From IMG/VR virus record IMGVR_UViG_3300035188_001379, positions 32,001 to 96,000 of that record: a DNA stretch of 64,000 nucleotides; one strand, 5' to 3'. The translations under genes were made by a program, and so were the position numbers. Position 1 is the stretch's first letter. Every line of letters begins with the position of its first letter. The notes below the pieces were generated by a model, which saw only the letters and a program-made list of their open reading frames with translations, was not told the origin of the DNA and did not search any database. This DNA is from a virus. Positions 38,953 to 47,236 of the stretch are shown here, piece after piece.

Positions 38953-39288
38953 ATGGCTACAGGTCATACATCCACGGTTATTAAAGTACTACAGAGACGC
39001 TCACCTCATCCTGACCTCCCGCCATCATCATATACGTGGTGGTGGGAGGTACATCGAGCAAAATACAAATGCGGCGAGAATGGAAGCTATACAGAGGAGC
39101 GGGCAAGAGCTTTGTGTGAAGCACGTATAGCCCGCTTCAAAGAAAGAGACGCCATCAACACTCTGACGCAACAAGGCAGCAGCCTAGCAGGCCCAGCCCA
39201 CTATCGTTACGACTATAAAATAGTCAAAGAAACCAACATAAACATAACACAAGAACTAGAGGTATTTGAAACCTCCCTAGAACAATGA
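38953..39288 (+). CDS. Small protein, family A-like
   Basis: WW...YTEERA...YKIVKET. Confidence 0.6.
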   Translation: MATGHTSTVIKVLQRRSPHPDLPPSSYTWWWEVHRAKYKCGENGSYTEERARALCEARIARFKERDAINTLTQQGSSLAGPAHYRYDYKIVKETNINITQELEVFETSLEQ

Positions 39289-39566
39289 AACTATACAAAT
39301 TAACTGTAGAATACTCTATCGTCGTGGCAGCCCCAGACAATAGCTCGACCCATTCGGTAGAAAGCAACGCCACTCACTATATGATGCAAGGGGCAAGCGA
39401 CATCATTTCACACTTCCCTGATAATGTGCTGGCTGAAGAAATAAAAGCTATCGCCGATCTGCCTGAGCGATGGACCGGGGAAGAGTTGCCTTTCCTGCCT
39501 CCTGGACATTATTCTGACGAAGAGCGCACAATCAGCATGATGCTAGGACTAACCCACAAGAAATAA
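39285..39566 (+). CDS. Small protein, family B
   Basis: KLYKLT...EEIKAIADLPERW. Confidence 0.7.
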   Translation: MKLYKLTVEYSIVVAAPDNSSTHSVESNATHYMMQGASDIISHFPDNVLAEEIKAIADLPERWTGEELPFLPPGHYSDEERTISMMLGLTHKK

Positions 39567-39569
39567 ATT

Positions 39570-40172
39570 ATGGGAATGTATGACTATGTTACCTGTAGAG
39601 CTCCTTTACCTCTTACCGAAGAGCTTGCAGGTCTGGGAAAAAATTGGGCAGACCTAGGGTTTCAGACCAAATGCCTAGATAATGACCTAGCGCATTACAT
39701 CATAGAAAGCGATGGGTATCTCTACATTGAGAATATCGAGCGCGAGTATATCGAGTATACTGAAGAAGAGTTAAAAACTATCAAGCCTAAGCCTTGGAGT
39801 GTGTTCAAGGAGGTTGTAATAAAGAGTAAAACTATTGAAAAAGTAGAATATCATGGCAGTGTCATATTCTACGACGTTGTAGATTACTCTGAAGCAGAAG
39901 ATCTCTGGGTAGAGTTTTCTGCTTCTTTCATATACGGCAAGCTCGATAAGATTGAATTGATTAAGAGCTACAAAATGAAAGCTAACCACGTGATTATGCT
40001 GGAGTTTGAAGCGGAGCAGCGAAAGCGCCAAGCTCGCCCTTGGTATAAGTTTAAAGCTGCTGTAGGCCCATACGGCTGGAGGCGCTTCTGGCTGATCATG
40101 ACCAGATTGTGCGGCAAGACCTCAGAGCTCGCCGGGAAGATCCAGAACCTAATATTTAGACACATGCTCTAG
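39570..40172 (+). CDS. Conserved phage hypothetical protein
   Basis: MGMYDYV-x-C...FQTK-x-L...Y-x-I...DG. Confidence 0.7.
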   Translation: MGMYDYVTCRAPLPLTEELAGLGKNWADLGFQTKCLDNDLAHYIIESDGYLYIENIEREYIEYTEEELKTIKPKPWSVFKEVVIKSKTIEKVEYHGSVIFYDVVDYSEAEDLWVEFSASFIYGKLDKIELIKSYKMKANHVIMLEFEAEQRKRQARPWYKFKAAVGPYGWRRFWLIMTRLCGKTSELAGKIQNLIFRHML

Positions 40173-40173
40173 T

Positions 40174-42219
40174 ATGCAATTAACAAACATCGTACTTAGA
40201 AACTTCAGAAACCACAGAAGTTCAGCGTTTGACTTCACAGAAGGAGTCACCGCCATTATTGGCGGCAACGGAAGCGGCAAGTCTAGTATTGTCGAAGCTA
40301 TTCTTTTCCTGTTCACAGGTGAAGGTTATAGCAACAAAGCCGATATGCTCACTGTCGGACAGACTGGCGGTTGGGTAATCGGTAAAATGCTGATTGACGG
40401 TAAAGAGGCTGTGCTCGAAAGGCATATCGACACAGCTAAAGTAAACTTCATGTATGATGGTAAAACATACAAGAAGAGTGGTGAAGTGAATGAAATTTGG
40501 GACAAGCTTTTCCAGATCGATAAAAATATTGTGCACAATGTGATCGTCTCCAACCAGGGTGAGATCGCGTTATTGTTTAACGGAGACAACAGCACGAAAG
40601 AGAAGCTGTTTCAAAAGATCTTCATGGTGCCCAACACTACCAAGATTAGAGACACAATCTGGAACAACTACATAAAGGATGCTCCTCCTGAGTATCCTAT
40701 AAAAGATACAATACAGATTAGCAGCGATATTCAGTGTCTTGAGCAGCTTGTCTCTATGAGTGAGTCTTCCCTGACTCATCTCGTTGTTGACGAGGAGGCG
40801 TACACTTCTCTTGTGGCTAGGCAGGCTTTCTTGCGTAGCGTAGAGCAAGCTCAAGATGATTTTAATCGTTTTACTTCTGAGCAAAACTCTAGTCAGACAA
40901 AGCTAGACGCACTGACTGCTGAAGTAGATGCTTTGCACAACAAAATGCAAATCATCAATATTCAAGAGTATCGCGAATGCCTAGCCAACCAAAAGGCATC
41001 AAAAAGCATTCATGAGAACAGGCTTCAGCTGGAAACCAGAAAAGCTGCGCTAGTTGAACCTAGCGCCCCTGTAATCAGTAAAGAAGAACTAGATAAACTT
41101 CAACAGAAAGTTGCTGATCTTGACGCTGGGTTAAAGGTTAAAAGAACCTCACTGCAGGAAATACAACAAAAAATCCAAGAGTACGAAAAGTCTGGACTAG
41201 GCTCTGGTGTATGCCCTACCTGCGGCAGTGAAGTTGATAATGTTGTAAAACTGATAGAGCACCTCGAGAACGAGAGAACTCCTATTATTGAGGCAGGTAA
41301 GCGCGAGAAAGCTCTCTTTCTTGAGGCTACCGAAGAACTTAAATCTGCATCTAGCAGCTATATTGCTTGGGAAGATTACAACAAAGAGTATGCTGCTCTT
41401 GAGTCTGCTCTAGGCGCTTATCGAGACGTAGTTCCTTTTGACGCTGAGGCGTATGAGCTATGCTCGAGCGTGGTGGTCAAATACACTAACTGGGAAGATA
41501 AGTTAAAAACGCTCGAGAGACAGAAAACGCAAGCAAGCACAGAGCTGAACGCTATTAACGTTAAGCTTGCAGGTCTTGCGAAGTATGATAAATCTCTAAA
41601 CGAGCTCGCTGCCGAGAAAGCTAGTGTTCAGGATAAGATTACACAAATCTTGAACACGCGTGAAGAAGCTAAAAAGCTAGAGATTGAGATTGCTGCAAAC
41701 AAGAGAGAGATTAAATCGCTACAGGCCGAACTAAAAGACAACAATAAATATGTTGAAGAAAATGCCAAGCGTAAAGAGTATGTTGCTGTGCTCAGAGGCG
41801 TGTATGATCTATTTCATACAGGCAAGTTCCCTCGTGCGTTAATTCAGACATATAGTAGCACAGTGTCTGAGTATATGAACGATGTGCTCTCTAGCTTTGA
41901 CTTCCCATATACAGCAAAAGTAAACGAGCAGTTCGGTATTGATATATTTAATGAAGATGGTCTTCAGTTGCCTGATATATCTGGCGGACAGCAGGTGATG
42001 GTCGGTTTTAGCTTACGCTTGGCACTACATAACATGTTTGTAGGCGCTTTCCCGTTCATGATTGTTGACGAGGGCAGCTATGGCTTGAATAGCGAGAATG
42101 CCAAGAAGTACTTCGAGATTATCAAATCACTAGGCAAGAGCAGCAAGTTCAAGCAGGTTATTGTTATCGACCATCACAGCGAGCTGAGCGAATATGTAGA
42201 TAACACTATTCAGTTATGA
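40174..42219 (+). CDS. sbcC: SbcC/Rad50 (gp46-like) ATPase
   Basis: GGNGSGKS, Zn hook CPTC, signature SGGQQ, Walker B IVDEG, IDHH. Confidence 0.92.
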   Translation: MQLTNIVLRNFRNHRSSAFDFTEGVTAIIGGNGSGKSSIVEAILFLFTGEGYSNKADMLTVGQTGGWVIGKMLIDGKEAVLERHIDTAKVNFMYDGKTYKKSGEVNEIWDKLFQIDKNIVHNVIVSNQGEIALLFNGDNSTKEKLFQKIFMVPNTTKIRDTIWNNYIKDAPPEYPIKDTIQISSDIQCLEQLVSMSESSLTHLVVDEEAYTSLVARQAFLRSVEQAQDDFNRFTSEQNSSQTKLDALTAEVDALHNKMQIINIQEYRECLANQKASKSIHENRLQLETRKAALVEPSAPVISKEELDKLQQKVADLDAGLKVKRTSLQEIQQKIQEYEKSGLGSGVCPTCGSEVDNVVKLIEHLENERTPIIEAGKREKALFLEATEELKSASSSYIAWEDYNKEYAALESALGAYRDVVPFDAEAYELCSSVVVKYTNWEDKLKTLERQKTQASTELNAINVKLAGLAKYDKSLNELAAEKASVQDKITQILNTREEAKKLEIEIAANKREIKSLQAELKDNNKYVEENAKRKEYVAVLRGVYDLFHTGKFPRALIQTYSSTVSEYMNDVLSSFDFPYTAKVNEQFGIDIFNEDGLQLPDISGGQQVMVGFSLRLALHNMFVGAFPFMIVDEGSYGLNSENAKKYFEIIKSLGKSSKFKQVIVIDHHSELSEYVDNTIQL

Positions 42220-42410
42220 CAGACGCTCAAAAGCTCAAACGCCTGTATATCATACTCAGATGGTACGATACTCATGCGGTGCATGTTTTAAACAAAATGG
42301 AAGAAATTCCAGAAGAAGATTTAAAACTTATGCATGAGCTAGAGAGAGAAATGCTCGACATACAACGAAGAGCAAACGCAGTTAAAAAACCTAAGAAGAA
42401 GAAAAAATGA
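42216..42410 (+). CDS. Hypothetical protein
   Basis: 64 aa, coupled. Confidence 0.55.
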   Translation: MTDAQKLKRLYIILRWYDTHAVHVLNKMEEIPEEDLKLMHELEREMLDIQRRANAVKKPKKKKK

Positions 42411-42652
42411 ATAGCAAAATAGACAAAGAAGGATTGATCGTATCTTCACTTCTTGCTGGTGCAGCCATCTACTTTGGGTTATCCAAGAAAGGAGGACAAC
42501 TCGAGGATTTGGCTCGTACAGCCGTGGGGCGCGTGATTGATGACCAAGTGAGCGGTGCGAAAGAAGCCATTGGGCTTCCGCAGCCTCCCAGGCTCCTTGA
42601 GAAGCACACTGTCCGTAATAAGCAAAGAGCTAAGCGCAGGTTTAAAAAATGA
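42407..42652 (+). CDS. Small membrane-anchored basic protein
   Basis: Hydrophobic LIVSSLLAGAAIYFGL. Confidence 0.55.
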   Translation: MNSKIDKEGLIVSSLLAGAAIYFGLSKKGGQLEDLARTAVGRVIDDQVSGAKEAIGLPQPPRLLEKHTVRNKQRAKRRFKK

Positions 42653-44103
42653 AAATTACTGTCACCCGATTTGATGGAGGGCTAAAGATTCAGCCAGCTC
42701 CAATGTACTTGAGTAAGTTCTTGAAATATAGCCATAGAACCATGCAGACTATTGGCTATAAAAGAGAATGCGTTTTTGTCGAGCGAGTATTATACTCTAT
42801 GGACGAAGACGGCTCAATGTTTACTTTGCCTGGCTTCTACCACAGCATTGTCGGGTTGATAGGAAAGAACATGGACGTTGTGGAGGTCGTTGACCTCCGC
42901 ACTCCTATGCCTAGCCCTGACTGGACTGCGATAAAAAAGATTAAGCTTAGAGATTATCAGCTGCAGCCAACTCTTGACCTTGTATTCAAGGGCATGGAAG
43001 ACAGCGGAGTAATTAACGCTACTGGAGGGTTTGGCAAAACACACATCCAAGCTATCACATACGCTGCATGGAACAATTTGAATACTATTCTAGCTATTCC
43101 ACTGAAGCAGGTGGTGGTACAGACCTACGAAAAGTTCAAAAAGTTTTTTCCAGATAAGCACATAGGCATTATGGGAGACGGTAAAAGTGAGCTTAGTGAA
43201 CACATCACGATCACTACATTTAAATCTTTACAAAGCTGTGCGCTAGAAAAATGTAAACTGCTTCTTGTTGACGAAATGCAATCAGCAGGACAGGAGACAT
43301 TCCAAAAGGCGCTCACTCAGATGCGTCCGCTGCGTATGTTTGGCTATAGTGCAACCACAGAAGGCATCTTCAATAATACAGACAAGCTACTAAAGGGTAT
43401 GTTTGGCGAAGACCTCATATACTTCCCATACGAGGATGCTGAGGCTGCTGGGGCTGTAGTAAAAGGTATGGTTTATATGGTCAGATTGCCTGACCAGCTA
43501 ATTACCGAAAGCTATACAAGTTTTGATAGTAAGTTTAAGTATGGTATTAAAAAGTGCGAAAAGCGTAACGAGCTTATAGGCAAAGTATGCTCTTTGATTC
43601 CTGATGAATGGCAGACAATTGTCTTTATAGATCATGTAAAAGATCACCTCATACCTATGTTCAAGTATATGCCTAGCGACACGAAGTTTCTTCATCGCGA
43701 AAGCAGCAAAAAGAATGTAGGGTCATTCGCACTCAGCGCTAAACAGCAGAACAAGATCATTGAAGAGTTCAGCAACAATGAGTTCAAAATACTTATAGCC
43801 TCAGACGCTTTTCGTGCAGGAGTAGATATTCCTAACTGCAGAGTAGTTGTACAGGCTAGTGGCGGCAGTAGTAAAGTAGAAGTACTACAAGAAGCCTATC
43901 GCGCAAGTCGTATCATTACTGAAGAGAATCTGCAAAAGTTCAACCTGCCTCCAAAGACTCATTTTGTGCTTGTGGACTTTATGGATAATCACGATCCTAC
44001 GCTAGAAGGTATGGCCAAGAAGCGTATGAAATACTATGAAGAGCAGGGTTGGACGGTAAAGATAGTCAACAGACCTGAGGAAATAACTTGGAACACTTAT
44101 TAG
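42649..44103 (+). CDS. SF2 helicase (UvsW-like)
   Basis: LRDYQ, ATGGFGKT, VDEMQ, SAT, GVDIP. Confidence 0.9.
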   Translation: MKITVTRFDGGLKIQPAPMYLSKFLKYSHRTMQTIGYKRECVFVERVLYSMDEDGSMFTLPGFYHSIVGLIGKNMDVVEVVDLRTPMPSPDWTAIKKIKLRDYQLQPTLDLVFKGMEDSGVINATGGFGKTHIQAITYAAWNNLNTILAIPLKQVVVQTYEKFKKFFPDKHIGIMGDGKSELSEHITITTFKSLQSCALEKCKLLLVDEMQSAGQETFQKALTQMRPLRMFGYSATTEGIFNNTDKLLKGMFGEDLIYFPYEDAEAAGAVVKGMVYMVRLPDQLITESYTSFDSKFKYGIKKCEKRNELIGKVCSLIPDEWQTIVFIDHVKDHLIPMFKYMPSDTKFLHRESSKKNVGSFALSAKQQNKIIEEFSNNEFKILIASDAFRAGVDIPNCRVVVQASGGSSKVEVLQEAYRASRIITEENLQKFNLPPKTHFVLVDFMDNHDPTLEGMAKKRMKYYEEQGWTVKIVNRPEEITWNTY

Positions 44104-44112
44104 TAACCTGTT

Positions 44113-44382
44113 ATGAGCATAAAGCAAGAAATTGAAAAAATAAAACTCAAGCAAGAGGCGATAGATCAAACTGTGGAAGAGCTGCGAAAATACTGGCGAG
44201 CTCGTCCCTACTTAAGATTGGCTCAGATAGTGAGTAACGCGTGGCAGATGCATCCGGATTATAAAAGGGATCCTGAACCTGATATCAGAGATATCTATTA
44301 TTTTACAGACGCAAAGTTCCTGGAAGGTTTACAGCTCCTAATTGATAATGAATCAGCGAGTACAAACGCTTCTAAAGAGTAA
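44113..44382 (+). CDS. DUF1040/YihD-like small protein
   Basis: YWRARPYLRLAQIV...YYFTDAKF. Confidence 0.5.
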   Translation: MSIKQEIEKIKLKQEAIDQTVEELRKYWRARPYLRLAQIVSNAWQMHPDYKRDPEPDIRDIYYFTDAKFLEGLQLLIDNESASTNASKE

Positions 44383-45259
44383 GTTTGGGAAAGTTAAAGC
44401 AGTGTCGGGCGGGAGTTATAGAATTCCTTGCCCGACATGCGATCCCAAAGACAGCAAAAAAATGAAGCGCTATATCAGCCCTGGCTGGAAGGATAGTCGC
44501 TGCTTTATTTGCTCTACCACTGTAACCATACAAGAGCTCCTTGGAGAAAATGTTATTTTTGAGCGCGAGGCTGGAGAGGTGCATGAAGTCTCTTACCCTT
44601 ACGCTACCATAGTTCCGTATCAGCACTCTGAAACTCTGGCTAGCTTGGATAGCGCGCACCCAGCTATCGCCTTCTTAAAGAAAGACCATCTTGAAAATCT
44701 TCATTACTACGATTCTCTAGGTATAAGATACATTCCTGAAGGAGGAGGTATAAACATCTCCTTTGACAGCGGCTTCACAGTAAATACTAGCGGAGCGCTA
44801 TTTTTTCCTGTTTTTGCTAAGGATGCTGAGTATGCTGGTTGGCAGGTTCGGTTTATTCCAGGCACATGGAACGGAGATAGATTCCAATTCATGAGGTATA
44901 TGCACCTATTTCCTAAAGGAGATCATCTCTATAACTATCATGTTGCAAAACAATACAACAGCGTGATTGTTGTGGAGGGAGTTAAAAAAGCTTTGAAGCT
45001 GGCTAACTCTGTAGCTACTCTAGGCAAAGGTGTCGCAGATAAGCAGAAGCAACTCATCCAAGAATGGAAGCACATCATACTAATTCTCGATGGCGAGGAC
45101 AGTGCACAAGAGCTTGCTAGAGAGATGCAGCGAGAGTTCATTAGTAACGGGCGCAGATGTGTGAACATAGATCTTCGGAAGTATGGGTTCGAGTCTCCTG
45201 ACGACACAACCGCAGAAGAACTTAAAAGCATAATTCAAAAAGAATGCACGAAAACATAG
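44348..45259 (+). CDS. dnaG: DNA primase (Zn finger + TOPRIM)
   Basis: CPTC...CFIC, GWQVR, IVVEG, ILILDGED; upstream of helicase. Confidence 0.8.
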   Translation: MNQRVQTLLKSKFGKVKAVSGGSYRIPCPTCDPKDSKKMKRYISPGWKDSRCFICSTTVTIQELLGENVIFEREAGEVHEVSYPYATIVPYQHSETLASLDSAHPAIAFLKKDHLENLHYYDSLGIRYIPEGGGINISFDSGFTVNTSGALFFPVFAKDAEYAGWQVRFIPGTWNGDRFQFMRYMHLFPKGDHLYNYHVAKQYNSVIVVEGVKKALKLANSVATLGKGVADKQKQLIQEWKHIILILDGEDSAQELAREMQREFISNGRRCVNIDLRKYGFESPDDTTAEELKSIIQKECTKT

Positions 45260-45822
45260 GTGCGAGCGACAACTCAGCTCTCATAGAAGAGTTAATCTAC
45301 TATTACATAGAGAAAAAGCGGCTTACTACAAAAAACTATAACTACGTCTCTAGCATAAAATGGGACAAATATTTTGCAGAAGCTGCTGAGCTATGTGTTA
45401 AGCACGCTCAGCCCGCACAAGTATACGTGCAAAAGCTATACGACAGGATGGAGAACAAGCGGGCGTTCTTCAGTCCTGAGCATCTAAGAGGAGGCAACGT
45501 AGATAAATTCTTCGATATCCTGAAGACCTCTCCAGAGGACACCTATACTGTAGAGATTACGAACGATAATCTTGACTATGCAGAGGTATGGAGACATCAG
45601 CACGAATTGGCAATGAGGTATATTCGCAGAGGAGAAAGTACCGAGAGCGTGCTAATTGACAGCTCTCTGAAATTCTTTGCATGGTACCGTATATTGAGTA
45701 CTCCTAAGGCACATCCTGAGATAATTGCTAAGTACAAGCATATAGCCAGGAAAGAAATAAACCCCAGATTGCGGGAGTTTATTGCACAGGAAGGTCTTCC
45801 TCTTGAGCGAATATTGTCATGA
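45244..45822 (+). CDS. Hypothetical protein between primase and helicase
   Basis: 192 aa, coupled; possible loader by position only. Confidence 0.6.
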   Translation: MHENIGASDNSALIEELIYYYIEKKRLTTKNYNYVSSIKWDKYFAEAAELCVKHAQPAQVYVQKLYDRMENKRAFFSPEHLRGGNVDKFFDILKTSPEDTYTVEITNDNLDYAEVWRHQHELAMRYIRRGESTESVLIDSSLKFFAWYRILSTPKAHPEIIAKYKHIARKEINPRLREFIAQEGLPLERILS

Positions 45823-47231
45823 ACGAAATATACAACAACTCAGATTATATTGAGCTAACTATAAAATGCTTGTTTAGAGAAAAACAAGTATTGCAGAAGG
45901 CGATAGATTTAAAGGTGCGTCCTACCGACTTCGGAACGATCAACATCTACAACGCTTTTGTTGAAGCCGCTATCACTATAGCAGAAGCTCCAGTAGCTAG
46001 CCGACTGTGTTTAACATATGTTACGCCGCTGCTTAAAAAGCACAACATTCTAGAGGCTGACAAAGAGTCTGTGCTCGCCTTCTGGGATTTTATTTATAAC
46101 GACGAGCCTACCAATGCAGAGCATATATTGCAGCATCTGGCAGACTTTATCAAATTCAGAAGGTATCAGGCGCTAAAGGTAGAAAAAACCAATTCTCCTG
46201 AGGAGCTGGTTAGTGAGGCCACAAAGCTCATAGACGATATCTCGCTTAAAAATACCTCAGGAGGTATTCGTACGTTTGATCCCTTCGAGCAGCTTGTGCT
46301 TGTAGAGCATAAAGAAAGCCTGCTTACAGGCTTTCCTGCAATAGACACGGTTGCTCGAGGCTTAAACTATCAAGAAATGGGCATGATTCTTGGGCACTCG
46401 GGTAGCGGGAAAACAGCAATGGCTGTATACTCAGCTATTCAAAACGCTAAACAATTCCGTAAAGTTTTGTATTTGAGCCTTGAGGAGCCTGCTGAGAACA
46501 TATGCAGTCGTGTATACAGCAACATCTTTAGAATTCCGTACACTGACCTACACAAAGGCAGCGTACTGATCCAACAAGATCTGCAAGAATCGTTCAAGCA
46601 CATGAACTGTAGAGACAGGGAAGCGCTGAAAAATCTAAAAATACACGATCTGCGCGATGCTACTCCGCTCACTGCTAAATTTATAGCAAACTATCTCGAT
46701 AAGCTTTACCTTGACACAGGCTACCATCCTGATTTGGTGTACATAGATCAGATGGACTATTTGACCACTCACGATAAATATGATGCAGAGTGGCAAAAAT
46801 ACGGCAAAGTGAGCTTTGAGGTTGACGATCTGTGTAATCACTTGATTGGCGGCGAGCACATGTTTAGTGTGTGGCTCCTACATCAAGCCACAGGCAAGAT
46901 GACCAGAAAGTTTACAAACGGCGAAATCAGCGGTTTCAAGGGTATCATCAAGCCCACAGACATGTGCCTTGCTATAGGTAGAGACAGTAGTCAGGACAGT
47001 ATAGTGAGCATCTTCAGTCTAAAGTCTCGACACGCTAAAAATTTTCAATTTGACTATCTTGCTGAGCTAGAATTCATGAATTTCGAGCAGCAAGATCGCG
47101 GAGCCGAGGACAGGATTAAAGAGGAAAATCGGGATAAGCAAGAGAGACAACCAGCAAGCAACTTCAAGAATATCCCAAGACGAGCCAATCTACTGCCCGA
47201 AGCAGACTCAGGCTTTCATAGTCGTGTTTAA
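45819..47231 (+). CDS. dnaB: DnaB/gp41-like replicative helicase
   Basis: GHSGSGKT, YLSLEE, VYIDQMD, LHQ, KSR. Confidence 0.88.
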   Translation: MNEIYNNSDYIELTIKCLFREKQVLQKAIDLKVRPTDFGTINIYNAFVEAAITIAEAPVASRLCLTYVTPLLKKHNILEADKESVLAFWDFIYNDEPTNAEHILQHLADFIKFRRYQALKVEKTNSPEELVSEATKLIDDISLKNTSGGIRTFDPFEQLVLVEHKESLLTGFPAIDTVARGLNYQEMGMILGHSGSGKTAMAVYSAIQNAKQFRKVLYLSLEEPAENICSRVYSNIFRIPYTDLHKGSVLIQQDLQESFKHMNCRDREALKNLKIHDLRDATPLTAKFIANYLDKLYLDTGYHPDLVYIDQMDYLTTHDKYDAEWQKYGKVSFEVDDLCNHLIGGEHMFSVWLLHQATGKMTRKFTNGEISGFKGIIKPTDMCLAIGRDSSQDSIVSIFSLKSRHAKNFQFDYLAELEFMNFEQQDRGAEDRIKEENRDKQERQPASNFKNIPRRANLLPEADSGFHSRV

Positions 47232-47236
47232 AAATT

